Shown: positions 1-12,733, counted from the first letter of the whole stretch. The stretch: 62,830 bases of DNA, filler included, from Octopus bimaculoides (GCF_001194135.2; 6 parts of 6 records of this genome joined end to end with filler, not necessarily neighbours in it), one strand, 5' to 3'. Made by a program: numbers and translations. The notes: generated by a model from the sequence alone, not told the origin.

Positions 1-126
1 GGGGGGGGGAAGTCAAACTTCCCCTTGACACTTCAACTCAGATCTTCTGTGAAGATGACAGACGTGCTAATCGTTACACCAAAGCAACCCTGCCAATGTA
101 CTCAATTTTAGAGGCTTTTTTCTTAC

Positions 127-547
127 CAGCAAAGAATACCATGTTGCTTGCATCATCAGAATCTATAAACTTTGAGCAGTCTTTGAATTTTCTCCCAATT
201 GCTTTAACCCTTTAGCATTTAAACCGGCCATATCCGGCCCAAATACTCTACCTGTTTTATATTCAAATTGGCCACATCCAGCCTCTCACACCTACCCTAC
301 AATGGTCATTCTGAAAATAAACAATTATATCCTCAGAATCTCAAAGCTATGAGATAAAGCAATATTAATTCCAAACAATGTGAATAAATAAGTATTATAT
401 TTGACAGATTAATCTGAACGCTAAAGGGTTAAAGAATTTGAAATGTTGCTTTGGTATAAGGGTCAGCACCACAGAAGATGAGGGTTCCAGTACCACAGAC
501 TTATTTTGCCATTCAAAGGTTTGTTTTGCTGGCCAACATTCTACAGG
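127..547 (-). pseudogene. Reading frame interrupted by the MITE (unidentified protein fragment)
   Basis: Removing the MITE and one TTAA gives a continuous frame, ECWPAKQTFEWQNKSVVLEPSSSVVLTLIPKQHFKFF/KAIGRKFKDCSKFIDSDDASNMVFFA, ending at a G|GTAAGA donor (127/126). The acceptor is weak and I recognise no homologue. Confidence 0.3.
204..432. mobile_element. piggyBac-type MITE with TTAA target-site duplication
   Basis: TTAA at 204-207 and 429-432 flank the terminal inverted repeats CCCTTTAGC (208-216) and GCTAAAGGG (420-428). TTAA|CCC...GGG|TTAA is the piggyBac end signature. No ORF inside. Confidence 0.8.
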
Positions 548-1370
548 CTATCATTTACAACTTTTGAGTTCCACCACACAATATATTTATATATTCAAAT
601 ATTCATAAAATTATGACTAAATTTAATAACTTCATTTAAATAAAATTTCACATTGATAATAATTTAATTATCATAACTTCATAATGAAATTGCTTGGTTC
701 TTCTTTCTCTTTCTATTTCAATTTTCAACAGTTTTTTTAAAAATAAACACTTTTGGGTTTTTTTGGGGTTTTTTTTTTTTTTTTTTAAAGTTATACTTTT
801 AAAATTTACATAAGAAAATGAAATATTTCCACCACTACTACCACCACCGACGCAAAGAAAGAGAAAGACAGATGAAGGACACAAACAATTCATTAACAGA
901 AATGAGTTTTAAAAATTTAATTAAATTTAATTTCTTGCAATTACTTAAAAGAGAAATGAATAAATCATACAACTAAAACAACAACATCAACAATAACAGC
1001 AACATAAACAACCAAATGTGCTTCGTTGAGGGCAAATAATAAATTGGTTAATTAATCAAAGGGTCAATTTAATTCACCAGGATAGTTAGATAAACTGCAA
1101 GGGTGCCAATTTGGCAACTACACCAACCAATCCACCCAACCAACAAATCATACGATGGGTTGTTTTAGCTCCTGCCCTTTACTTATTTCAGTCACCATGC
1201 AGGGAGTATCACCTTTAAGGGTTTACTGACACAAATTGACCCCAGTGATTATTTCTGAGGTCAGGTATTTATTCTACTGGTCCATTTTGCAACACTGCTA
1301 AGTTACAAGAACGAAAACAAACCAACACCAAGGAAATAAAAGACACAATGATGCACACATATACTCATAT

Positions 1371-1415
<45 letters not shown>

Positions 1416-1416
1416 T

Positions 1417-1565
1417 AGGCATAGGAGTGGCTGTGTGGTAAACAGCTTGTTTACCAACCACATGGTTCTGGGTTCAGCCCCACTGTGTGGCACCTTGGGC
1501 AAGTGTCTTCTACTATAGCCTCAGGCCGACCAAAGCCTTGTGAGTGGATTTGGTAGGCGGAAACT
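1417..1565 (+). mobile_element. tRNA-derived SINE, family A (GGAGTGGCTGTGTGGTAAG...CACCTTGGGCAAGTGTC...GGAAACTGAAAGAAGCCC)
   Basis: A-box and B-box-like head plus a CORE-like CCTTGGGCAAGT motif. More than 10 copies in the window. Confidence 0.8.
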
Positions 1566-1711
1566 GGCACTTGATTTATTGACCCCAAAAGGATGAAAAG
1601 CAAAGTCCACCTTGGTGGAACTTGAACCCAGAATGCAGCAGCAGCGGGGGCGAAATACTACTAAGCACTTCATCCAGCTCGCTAAGGATTCTGTCAGTTC
1701 AACACCTTATT

Positions 1712-1756
<45 letters not shown>

Positions 1757-1929
1757 CCTTTCTCCTATAGGCGCAAGGCCTAAAATATGTGGGGAGAGGA
1801 CTAGTTGATTAAATTGACCCCAGTGCATAACTGGTACTTATTTTTTTTGACTCCCTAAAAGGATGAAAGACAAGGTCCAACAATGGCAGAATTATAAGTG
1901 AGGACATAAAGATAGACAAAATGCGACTA

Positions 1930-1930
<1 letters not shown>
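1566..1930 (-). mobile_element. Two SINE family B copies (GAGTTCAAATTCCGCCGAGGTCGACTTTGCCTTTCATCC...) separated by (AAT)n
   Basis: Recurrent AAGGATGAAAGGCAAAGTCGACC...GGAATTTGAACTC module with (AAT)n tails. Confidence 0.75.
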
Positions 1931-1972
<42 letters not shown>

Positions 1973-2985
1973 GTTTCGAATTTTGGCACAAAGCCAGGAA
2001 TTTTAGGGAGAGCATAAGTCAATACATCGACNNNNNNNNNNNNNNNNNNNNNNNNNNNNNNNNNNNNNNNNNNNNNNNNNNNNNNNNNNNNNNNNNNNNN
2101 NNNNNNNNNNNNNNNNNNNNNNNNNNNNNNNNNNNNNNNNNNNNNNNNNNNNNNNNNNNNNNNNNNNNNNNNNNNNNNNNNNNNNNNNNNNNNNNNNNNN
2201 NNNNNNNNNNNNNNNNNNNNNNNNNNNNNNNNNNNNNNNNNNNNNNNNNNNNNNNNNNNNNNNNNNNNNNNNNNNNNNNNNNNNNNNNNNNNNNNNNNNN
2301 NNNNNNNNNNNNNNNNNNNNNNNNNNNNNNNNNNNNNNNNNNNNNNNNNNNNNNNNNNNNNNNNNNNNNNNNNNNNNNNNNNNNNNNNNNNNNNNNNNNN
2401 NNNNNNNNNNNNNNNNNNNNNNNNNNNNNNNNNNNNNNNNNNNNNNNNNNNNNNNNNNNNNNNNNNNNNNNNNNNNNNNNNNNNNNNNNNNNNNNNNNNN
2501 NNNNNNNNNNNNNNNNNNNNNNNNNNNNNNNNNNNNNNNNNNNNNNNNNNNNNNNNNNNNNNNNNNNNNNNNNNNNNNNNNNNNNNNNNNNNNNNNNNNN
2601 NNNNNNNNNNNNNNNNNNNNNNNNNNNNNNNNNNNNNNNNNNNNNNNNNNNNNNNNNNNNNNNNNNNNNNNNNNNNNNNNNNNNNNNNNNNNNNNNNNNN
2701 NNNNNNNNNNNNNNNNNNNNNNNNNNNNNNNNNNNNNNNNNNNNNNNNNNNNNNNNNNNNNNNNNNNNNNNNNNNNNNNNNNNNNNNNNNNNNNNNNNNN
2801 NNNNNNNNNNNNNNNNNNNNNNNNNNNNNNNNNNNNNNNNNNNNNNNNNNNNNNNNNNNNNNNNNNNNNNNNNNNNNNNNNNNNNNNNNNNNNNNNNNNN
2901 NNNNNNNNNNNNNNNNNNNNNNNNNNNNNNNNNNNNNNNNNNNNNNNNNNNNNNNNNNNNNNNNNNNNNNNNNNNNNNNNNNNNN

Positions 2986-3115
2986 GTACATAGCAGGTAC
3001 TTATTTAATCGCCTCCAAAAGGATGAAAGGCAAAGGTGACTATGATGGAATTTCAACTCAGATAAGCAAGCAATTTGCTTGGCATGCTAATGATTCTGCC
3101 AGCTGGAGCCACCTT
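2986..3115 (-). mobile_element. SINE family B fragment
   Basis: Same module as 1566-1930. Confidence 0.7.
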
Positions 3116-4327
3116 TCAATAATAATAATAATAATAATAATGATAATAATAATAATAACAGGTTTCAAATTTTGGCTGAGTATCTTGTCTAAGGATGGCA
3201 AATAGAGTCAACAAAAAGTGACAAACTTCCCCTCTCCCCACACACACACACACACACACATACATAGAGGCTAATAATTAGTCGATTGTTAATTAATCAT
3301 AATAAAGACAAAGCACATCTGCTTGAGTTTCATTAAAAATATATTCGACTAGCTACACATTTATAAATATACACATATATTAGATACATTTATATATATA
3401 CATATATATATATATTCTTACATTTTTTTTTTTCTTAGCTACAGAAAAGAAGCCAGGCCAAGAGTTTCGTGCACAGCACTTATTAAAATGAATTTATTAG
3501 ATTATAATATTTTTTTCTTTACACAGAAGAAAATGTAATTTTTTTCTTTTTTTTTTTTTTCTTTTACCTATTTCAAACAAAAATGCAATTTCATTAGCCT
3601 GCTTGGACCAGCAAACATATATATGTATATACATATATACATGTGCATGTATATGTGTGTGTGTGCGTGTGTGTATGTGTNNNNNNNNNNNNNNNNNNNN
3701 NNNNNNNNNNNNNNNNNNNNNNNNNNNNNNNNNNNNNNNNNNNNNNNNNNNNNNNNNNNNNNNNNNNNNNNNNNNNNNNNNNNNNNNNNNNNNNNNNNNN
3801 NNNNNNNNNNNNNNNNNNNNNNNNNNNNNNNNNNNNNNNNNNNNNNNNNNNNNNNNNNNNNNNNNNNNNNNNNNNNNNNNNNNNNNNNNNNNNNNNNNNN
3901 NNNNNNNNNNNNNNNNNNNNNNNNNNNNNNNNNNNNNNNNNNNNNNNNNNNNNNNNNNNNNNNNNNNNNNNNNNNNNNNNNNNNNNNNNNNNNNNNNNNN
4001 NNNNNNNNNNNNNNNNNNNNNNNNNNNNNNNNNNNNNNNNNNNNNNNNNNNNNNNNNNNNNNNNNNNNNNNNNNNNNNNNNNNNNNNNNNNNNNNNNNNN
4101 NNNNNNNNNNNNNNNNNNNNNNNNNNNNNNNNNNNNNNNNNNNNNNNNNNNNNNNNNNNNNNNNNNNNNNNNNNNNNNNNNNNNNNNNNNNNNNNNNNNN
4201 NNNNNNNNNNNNNNNNNNNNNNNNNNNNNNNNNNNNNNNNNNNNNNNNNNNNNNNNNNNNNNNNNNNNNNNNNNNNNNNNNNNNNNNNNNNNNNNNNNNN
4301 NNNNNNNNNNNNNNNNNNNNNNNNNNN

Positions 4328-4363
<36 letters not shown>

Positions 4364-5409
4364 CTAAGGCATCAGGGGTTTCCCTTATCTGTCTGTTTTG
4401 TTAATTAATTAATTATTTCCTGTAAAATGAACACTAAACAAATATAACTAAAACACCTAACAAATTTATGAAATTTCATCTAACACCAAATTCAGAAATT
4501 TTTTTTAGTTTAACAAACGGAACAATTTTTATTTTAATTGAATAATTTTGCAGTCTACATACGATTACAGATCTTATATCTTGCTGAAGATTCTAGAAAG
4601 ACAGATAGATAAATAAATAGATAAAACCAGGTAAGTCCTAAACATTTTACATATTCTTTGCCAAAATGAAATTTAGTAAGTATAGTTTCTAATGTAGTAT
4701 ATAGCAACCATTTAACAGTGGAACGTATACATATTTAATGAATCATATATGATATCATACATATATATACACAAATATATACATACATATATATAGATAC
4801 ATATACATACATACACACACAAAGATACATACATACATACATACTCATACATACACACGTGTCTGTGTGTGTGTGACTACATATATACACATTTTGTCCT
4901 GCCCTAACTCTTTGAAACGCCAGTGTTTTAATGGTGGCAGCTGATGAAGGGTATGTCCTCTATGTGGCCTGCTTGTTTTTTGTACCTTGTTTATCATTTA
5001 GTCTATGTTTTTTTGCAACGCCATGTACCCAGATATGTATCTACATGTACATGTAGATGAAGGTATGTACATACAAGTACATATATATGCATATACTCAT
5101 ATATTGTTTATATATATATATATATATATNNNNNNNNNNNNNNNNNNNNNNNNNNNNNNNNNNNNNNNNNNNNNNNNNNNNNNNNNNNNNNNNNNNNNNN
5201 NNNNNNNNNNNNNNNNNNNNNNNNNNNNNNNNNNNNNNNNNNNNNNNNNNNNNNNNNNNNNNNNNNNNNNNNNNNNNNNNNNNNNNNNNNNNNNNNNNNN
5301 NNNNNNNNNNNNNNNNNNNNNNNNNNNNNNNNNNNNNNNNNNNNNNNNNNNNNNNNNNNNNNNNNNNNNNNNNNNNNNNNNNNNNNNNNNNNNNNNNNNN
5401 NNNNNNNTG

Positions 5410-5612
5410 ACCGTTGACTGGACACTATTCAATTTTTTTTCTCCGTGTTTTTCTCCTTGTCTCCGTATTCTTTCTGTTGAAGAGCGTAACTCGAAATGTC
5501 AAAGACTTTCCGAATTCCCGAACGTCATACTAATACATCCTTTTGTTATTTACACCACCTGTCCTCGTCTGTTGTTGTTTTTTCGTATATTCTCCCTCCT
5601 ATATATATATAT
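5410..5612 (+). mobile_element. Penelope-like repeat end (family H2) carrying a hammerhead-like motif
   Basis: Homologous to 16130-16370 in the opposite orientation. Contains TCTTT-CTGTTGA-A-GAG/CTC-GAAAT-GTC-AAAGA. Confidence 0.55.
5469..5505 (+). ncRNA. Minimal type-I hammerhead ribozyme-like motif (variant core CUGUUGA)
   Basis: Stem I TCTTT/AAAGA, stem II GAG-CGTAA-CTC, GAAA, GTC cleavage triplet. A6 is U and C15.2 is U in this copy. Confidence 0.5.
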
Positions 5613-6344
5613 ACACACACACACACAATTCAGTGGGAAAACTACTATACACTGACACAAAGAATCTTACAAATTTCAATTCTAATTAAAAAATTAAAAC
5701 AGGATAAATTCTACAGAATTGAACAAAATTAAGATAGCACGAGTGGGGTGCATGGGTGTATATAAGTGTGTATATGTGTATGGAAACTAAAGAGAGAAAG
5801 GGGAGAATGAGTAAAAGATGACGAGGGAAACATACATACATAAATATATATCCATAATACTATATATATATATATAAATATCATATTTCTAAATCTCTCA
5901 GAGAGATTTAAGCAGTAGTGGAGCTGGGTGGAGGAGTTTGTCTCCCCCTCGCAAACATAAGGACACAGTAATTGTGTCAAGGCCGACAGGAAGCGGTCCA
6001 GCTTCCTAGGGCTAAACGGCAGTAGTGTATCCCCTTATTGGGATTGTCACATTAAGTTGACAATATACTACAACTTTATATATATATATATATCTACATA
6101 TATATATATAGACAGTTATTTATGTCCAATTGACTACTCCTAATGTATTCTTTCCTCCTTGAGGAACAGGGACACCTATGATACTATTTGTGACCATACC
6201 TAGTCATAAGCTGTCAACTCACTCTTGTCCTTTATTCAAAATAGACACAGTCCTCTAGTCTTAAATTTAGTAGTTGATAAAGAGATAAAGGAATTAGAAA
6301 TGCATCACAATCCCTTACAACACTATATATGTGTATATATATAC

Positions 6345-6710
6345 ATGATGGGCTTCTTTCAGTTTCCCCTACCAAATCCACTCACAAGGCTTTGGTCAGC
6401 CCGAGGCTATAGTAGAAGACACTTGCCCAAGGTACCAACGCAGTGGGACTGAACCCAGAACCATGTGGTTGGTAAGCAAGCTACTTACCACACAGCCACT
6501 CCTGCGCCTTTGAAATCTCTCTCTCTCACTCTTCATATGTATNNNNNNNNNNCACAAGGCTTTGGTCAGCCCGAGGCTATAGTAGAAGACACTTGCCCAA
6601 GGTACCAACGCAGTGGGACTGAACCCAGAACCATGTGGTTGGTAAGCAAGCTACTTACCACACAGCCACTCCTGCGCCTTTGAAATCTCTCTCTCTCACT
6701 CTTCATATGT
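6345..6710 (-). mobile_element. SINE family A copy, falsely duplicated across a 10-N gap
   Basis: About 6396-6542 is repeated identically after the N run at 6543-6552. Confidence 0.75.
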
Positions 6711-7353
6711 ATGTGCGTGATGTGTGTGAATTTATTTCTCTTTATGCGTATGAGAAGAAAGAAAATAGTTATGTCAACCATATTCCGTTAACAAATTGTT
6801 ATGTTTCTTTCTCTCTACGTCTATATATATACATTTCTGCGCCGGTGTACTTGTCCATTTGTGTCTAAAGTCTGTGCATTCCCCTTCAGCACCAAAAAAG
6901 CACCATTGCCAAAATCAGTCCAATATACAGTCAGCCAGGGGCAAATTGCCAGCATCCAAACAGCTGTGACTAATCCTCTCTAAGTAAGAACTTCTGTAAT
7001 ATGATGGATAAGCTATGTTACCTGGCAAGCAGCAGAGATTAAGACCGATTGCTCCATGTTAGTCTTGGAGTTGCCTGTCCTGCTAGAAATGACAGCTGAA
7101 TCTCTCAAAATACACCTTACTTGTCTAAGAAAAGAGTATGAAGAACTACAACACAATACAAAAGATGTAAACCCTTCTAAAAATAGCACTAGGGCCAAGT
7201 GGAGATGCTAAATCGGTTGATGAAATATTCATCTATCACCCTACTGGATCTAAATGAAGATGCTGACAAGAAAACAATACTTCAAATTTAACTTTTTCTT
7301 CACATTACTTTCTGGAACTTTCTACCTATACTCTTTTACTCTTTTACTTGTTT

Positions 7354-7417
7354 CAGTCGGGCCGACCAAAGCCTTGTGAGTGGATTTGGTAGACAGAAAC
7401 TGAAAGAAGCCCGTCGT
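7354..7417 (+). mobile_element. SINE family A 3' fragment
   Basis: GGGCCGACCAAAGCCTTGTGAGTGGATTTGGTAGACAGAAACTGAAAGAAGCCCGTCG. Confidence 0.75.
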
Positions 7418-7418
7418 A

Positions 7419-7453
<35 letters not shown>

Positions 7454-9132
7454 NNNNNNNNNNNNNNNNNNNNNNNNNNNNNNNNNNNNNNNNNNNNNNN
7501 NNNNNNNNNNNNNNNNNNNNNNNNNNNNNNNNNNNNNNNNNNNNNNNNNNNNNNNNNNNNNNNNNNNNNNNNNNNNNNNNNNNNNNNNNNNNNNNNNNNN
7601 NNNNNNNNNNNNNNNNNNNNNNNNNNNNNNNNNNNNNNNNNNNNNNNNNNNNNNNNNNNNNNNNNNNNNNNNNNNNNNNNNNNNNNNNNNNNNNNNNNNN
7701 NNNNNNNNNNNNNNNNNNNNNNNNNNNNNNNNNNNNNNNNNNNNNNNNNNNNNNNNNNNNNNNNNNNNNNNNNNNNNNNNNNNNNNNNNNNNNNNNNNNN
7801 NNNNNNNNNNNNNNNNNNNNNNNNNNNNNNNNNNNNNNNNNNNNNNNNNNNNNNNNNNNNNNNNNNNNNNNNNNNNNNNNNNNNNNNNNNNNNNNNNNNN
7901 NNNNNNNNNNNNNNNNNNNNNNNNNNNNNNNNNNNNNNNNNNNNNNNNNNNNNNNNNNNNNNNNNNNNNNNNNNNNNNNNNNNNNNNNNNNNNNNNNNNN
8001 NNNNNNNNNNNNNNNNNNNNNNNNNNNNNNNNNNNNNNNNNNNNNNNNNNNNNNNNNNNNNNNNNNNNNNNNNNNNNNNNNNNNNNNNNNNNNNNNNNNN
8101 NNNNNNNNNNNNNNNNNNNNNNNNNNNNNNNNNNNNNNNNNNNNNNNNNNNNNNNNNNNNNNNNNNNNNNNNNNNNNNNNNNNNNNNNNNNNNNNNNNNN
8201 NNNNNNNNNNNNNNNNNNNNNNNNNNNNNNNNNNNNNNNNNNNNNNNNNNNNNNNNNNNNNNNNNNNNNNNNNNNNNNNNNNNNNNNNNNNNNNNNNNNN
8301 NNNNNNNNNNNNNNNNNNNNNNNNNNNNNNNNNNNNNNNNNNNNNNNNNNNNNNNNNNNNNNNNNNNNNNNNNNNNNNNNNNNNNNNNNNNNNNNNNNNN
8401 NNNNNNNNNNNNNNNNNNNNNNNNNNNNNNNCTGTGCACAACTTCTTATCTCTTATACATTTGTGTCTGCATTTCGTCTGACTACCTTTTGAATTTTTTG
8501 TTCACCTGTCGTAACCGTAACCTCTCGTAGCCGTGTTTCTTCTCTTGTACTATTTCACCTGTCAATAATACACTGCCTGTGCACAGGTATATAACTAGGT
8601 TGCGTTTGGTTTTTTTTACGGAAGAGGGTTATAAATATGCAGGTGATTAAGCAAATGATCTAGGACACTGGAAGAAGAATTTCAAATTTTATGAGTCTGA
8701 GAAAGAGAGAGAGAGGGGGGGGAGAGGGAGACAGCTCGAGAGAGAGAGAAGAAAGTAAGGGGAGAGTCAGAGACAGAAAGACAGGAAAAGGAGTGATGAA
8801 AACGAAAAAAGGAGGATGGGTGGGGAAAGAAAGAGGCGGGAGAGAAAATATAACTGAATTGAAAACAAAGGAATTTACAAAATTCTGTGCTGGCAATTGT
8901 TTACCACATGAGTATGGACATATGCACTAACATCAAATTTCCCCTATCAACACACAAAAGCATCAAGTGTGCACACCTATACGCACACATGTGCATCCAC
9001 CTCAAATGTACATGCATATATTATGTACGTATAAATACACACACACACATACACAATTCGAATCATGCAACAGAAGCATCTATCTCTATAGTAAAAATTT
9101 TTATCAACATACCATACTAAATATGTGTGCAA

Positions 9133-9260
9133 TTAAAAAGCCAGGTGTGGAAACCATAAGGATTTTACATAGGCAGCTGATGATGGGATGTCTATGTGTG
9201 TGTGGTTACATTCACCGTTTATTTTGTTCCATACAGCCCGGTTTGGCAAAGTACACAATG
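9133..9260 (-). CDS. Candidate gene 1, putative last coding exon (S-LCTLPNRAVWNKINGECNHTHIDIPSSAAYVKSLWFPHLAF*)
   Basis: Acceptor AATTTTTAG| at 9261/9260. Phase 1 matches the upstream exon. Open to TAA at 9135-9133. An internal G|GTGAAT donor is an alternative end. Confidence 0.4.
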
Positions 9261-9571
9261 CTAAAAATTCTAAATACATGTGTTTGTGCATGTTTCATAG
9301 CAAGGATATGTAGAAGACAGAGTGAGTAAACAGAACTACACTAACATCTGAGCTATTGTGGTTCAGTGGTCTATGGTGGATGACTGTCCATTCTCATCAA
9401 ATCCAGGTCAACATTGTCGGACTTAGACAGTTGCCTGTTTGGCCATAGATTTACTCAAGAAGGGTAGACTTAAGGGCTAAACAACAAATATATCTAAAAA
9501 AACACTCAGTGCAAACACCATTGAAAGGAGGAATCTCACAAAGGAACTAACTATCTATCTATATCTATTTG

Positions 9572-9614
<43 letters not shown>

Positions 9615-10674
9615 NNNNNNNNNNNNNNNNNNNNNNNNNNNNNNNNNNNNNNNNNNNNNNNNNNNNNNNNNNNNNNNNNNNNNNNNNNNNNNNNNNNNNN
9701 NNNNNNNNNNNNNNNNNNNNNNNNNNNNNNNNNNNNNNNNNNNNNNNNNNNNNNNNNNNNNNNNNNNNNNNNNNNNNNNNNNNNNNNNNNNNNNNNNNNN
9801 NNNNNNNNNNNNNNNNNNNNNNNNNNNNNNNNNNNNNNNNNNNNNNNNNNNNNNNNNNNNNNNNNNNNNNNNNNNNNNNNNNNNNNNNNNNNNNNNNNNN
9901 NNNNNNNNNNNNNNNNNNNNNNNNNNNNNNNNNNNNNNNNNNNNNNNNNNNNNNNNNNNNNNNNNNNNNNNNNNNNNNNNNNNNNNNNNNNNNNNNNNNN
10001 NNNNNNNNNNNNNNNNNNNNNNNNNNNNNNNNNNNNNNNNNNNNNNNNNNNNNNNNNNNNNNNNNNNNNNNNNNNNNNNNNNNNNNNNNNNNNNNNNNNN
10101 NNNNNNNNNNNNNNNNNNNNNNNNNNNNNNNNNNNNNNNNNNNNNNNNNNNNNNNNNNNNNNNNNNNNNNNNNNNNNNNNNNNNNNNNNNNNNNNNNNNN
10201 NNNNNNNNNNNNNNNNNNNNNNNNNNNNNNNNNNNNNNNNNNNNNNNNNNNNNNNNNNNNNNNNNNNNNNNNNNNNNNNNNNNNNNNNNNNNNNNNNNNN
10301 NNNNNNNNNNNNNNNNNNNNNNNNNNNNNNNNNNNNNNNNNAAGCTACCCACTACAAATTCCTCTGCAAATTAAGATATATAAATCTCGCTTTATATTTT
10401 TGAGCTTTCATCTCCCATTGAAAAATAATACAATTGTTGAAACCAGTATGGTATTGTAATAAATAAATGAATTTTAGATGTTTAAAAGGGAAAAAACAAA
10501 CTAAAATCTGTTTTAAATCCCAGGTGAATTTTTCAACACTTGCAAACCAATTTTCTGGTATGGACATGAACCTCTTTTTCTTATATATAACAAAGCACAA
10601 GATTGCAATGGGGACAGGAGGGGTTTAGCTGTGATTTTTTTCTCTGCTTTTGCTTTTAAGCAGAGAAGACTTAC

Positions 10675-10820
10675 ACATCTTCCGAAATGATTCGTCAACA
10701 TAATCAGAAAAATTAAGTTGCCAACTTGGTGAAGGCACTATAAATATAAGAAGTATAACTTCTGTCAAAAAAGAGAAAACAGCCAGAAAGCATTCAGACA
10801 TAGCAAAGATATCCTGACAT
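10675..10820 (-). CDS. Candidate gene 1 internal exon (CQDIFAMSECFLAVFSFLTEVILLIFIVPSPSWQLNFSDYVDESFRKM), hydrophobic helix
   Basis: AG acceptor at 10822-10821 and a strong T|GTAAGT donor. Only one frame is open. Phase 2 in, phase 1 out. Confidence 0.55.
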
Positions 10821-10999
10821 CTTTCAACAACAACAACAAAGACATACAGTTGAGGTGACATTGATGGGAAACAAACTGCTTTTCAGAGAGTTGAATTATC
10901 GTTACCATAATTAATACATAGAACATTAAAAAAAAGCGAAGAATAAAAAATTAAAAAAAAAAAAACTAGAAATAATTGTGTTGTAGCAATTAAATGTTG

Positions 11000-11155
11000 G
11001 TTGTGTGGTTAACAGGCTTGCTTTGCAGCTATGGGGTTTTGGAGTTCAGGCCCCAGTATAGCACCTTGGGTAAATGTGTTCTATTATGGCCCAGGGCGAA
11101 CCAATGCCATCTGAGTGAATTTAGTTGACAGAAACTGCATAGAATCTAGTCGCAT
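11000..11155 (+). mobile_element. Diverged SINE family A copy
   Basis: GGTTGTGTGGTT...CACCTTGGGTAAATGTGTTCTATTATGGCC...GAAACTGCATAGAA. Confidence 0.65.
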
Positions 11156-11243
11156 ATAAACACGAATGTATATAGATATATACATCATTTCTCGTTCTCT
11201 CTTTCTATACACACATATTTAGAGAGAGAAAGGGTGTATAGTG

Positions 11244-11295
<52 letters not shown>

Positions 11296-11999
11296 ATGGG
11301 TTTGTGGAAGGCGAAGAGCGATGGGTGAACTGCAATATGGCGAGGGATTATTTTATTGCTATNNNNNNNNNNCGAAGAGCGATGGGTGAACTGCAATATG
11401 GTGAGGGATTATTTTATTGCTATTTTGTGTTTTTGTTTTTTTCACTACAAAATTATTTCTTGGTAACTATTCAACGCTTTTTTTTCACGAAAAACATGTT
11501 ATCATCACCTTTAACTATTTCACAGTTCCTCCGCTTTGATATAGATATAAAAATACATGAGTGTATATCTGTGTGTGTGTGTGTGTGTCGGGAAGGGGGT
11601 GAATTGAGTATTTCATACGTAAATAATGATTTTTAAAAAAACAGCAAGAAAGGCATTTGCTCAAGGTCAAACCATGTTAGATGATGCATCCTGTTGCTGA
11701 TAGTTGAAGAAAACTCATACCACCAAAAACAAAGACAGAAAGTGAAGAGAAGACAGTAAAATGAAATGCAACACTCAGATATTTAATCCTACAGTCTACA
11801 GCTTGAACTAATGCACCAGTCTACTAAACATACCAACGCATATAAAACATGATATTGGTTGGTATTTAACATTTCTCACAACCTCCCACATTCGTAAACA
11901 TGCCCAGTGCTAACTTCCAGCAAGTGAGGGAGTCTCTACAGCCGTTGCCCAGTCAGCTAGAAACAACAGTTAAATCCCTTTCAAAGCACGCTCATGCCA

Positions 12000-12100
12000 T
12001 TTACTCTCTTTTACTTGTTTCAGTCATTTGACTGCGGCCATGCTAGAGCACCGCCTTTTAGTCGAGCAAATCGACCCCAGGAGGCCTAGTATTTATTCTA
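12000..12100 (-). mobile_element. SINE 3' tail module C (GGCGGTGCTCCAGCATGGCCGCAGTCAAATGACTGAAACAAGTAAAAGAG)
   Basis: Same module at about 18515-18700, 21510-21660, 23170-23370, 42030-42190 and 57240-57457. Confidence 0.7.
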
Positions 12101-12401
12101 TCCTTCTGTCCAATATTAAACTGTTTTTATGTATAACTTGATGTAAAAACAAAAACATAATTATGTATGTGCATGTGTGGGTGTGTGTTTGTGTCTCTGT
12201 CTTGACATCATCATCATCATCATACNNNNNNNNNNNNNNNNNNNNNNNNNNNNNNNNNNNNNNNNNNNNNNNNNNNNNNNNNNNNNNNNNNNNNNNNNNN
12301 NNNNNNNNNNNNNNNNNNNNNNNNNNNNNNNNNNNNNNNNNNNNNNNNNNNNNNNNNNNNNNNNNNNNNNNNNNNNNNNNNNNNNNNNNNNNNNNNNNNN
12401 N

Positions 12402-12545
12402 GCAGGGCAGGGCAAAATATTAGCATGCTTGGGAAAACAGATGAGAGTTGGTGACAGGAAGGGCATCCAGCCATAGAAAAATCTACCTCAACGAAACTCC
12501 GTCTGACTCATGCAAGCATGGAAAAATGAGCATTCAAAATGATCA
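12402..12545 (+). mobile_element. SINE/LINE tail of RTE type (GGAAGGGCATCCAGCC...CATGCAAGCATGGAAAA)
   Basis: Same tail at 55806-56060 next to an RTE ORF remnant. Confidence 0.55.
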
Positions 12546-12733
12546 CAATTATGATGATGACGATGACGACAACGGAGGTTTTTAATCTGAATGTGACTAA
12601 GAGTAAGAGTAACCCCACCACCACCACCACCACTACTACTACATACACACACTCCTCCAGGAAGGCAGGGAGGGGGCGCTTTTTGTCAACTCCACAACAA
12701 AAGTCAGAAGAAACACTTGTGTAGGTCTCCTAC

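Noticed and set aside
6396-6710. Apparent tandem duplications flanking short gaps (also near 11362, 14916, 16249, 38376, 40685, 54423)
   Set aside because: Identical or near-identical sequence on both sides of an N run indicates unmerged contig overlaps, not biology.
6860-7310. Coding-looking stretch (…TRAKW…NRLMKYSSITLLDLNEDADKK…)
   Set aside because: Stops or frameshifts in all frames, no usable splice pair, and no recognisable family. Possibly a decayed transposon.
8432-8586. CTGTGCACA(G) at both ends of a 155-bp block, with a TCTCTTATACA Tn5-like stretch
   Set aside because: The left end is cut by a gap, the match to the Tn5 mosaic end is partial, and neither an element nor an adapter can be supported.
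1921-10459. Long ORFs of 200-380 aa in the ORF track
   Set aside because: They consist of X from N runs flanked by simple repeats and are not real coding sequence. The same applies to similar ORFs across the window.
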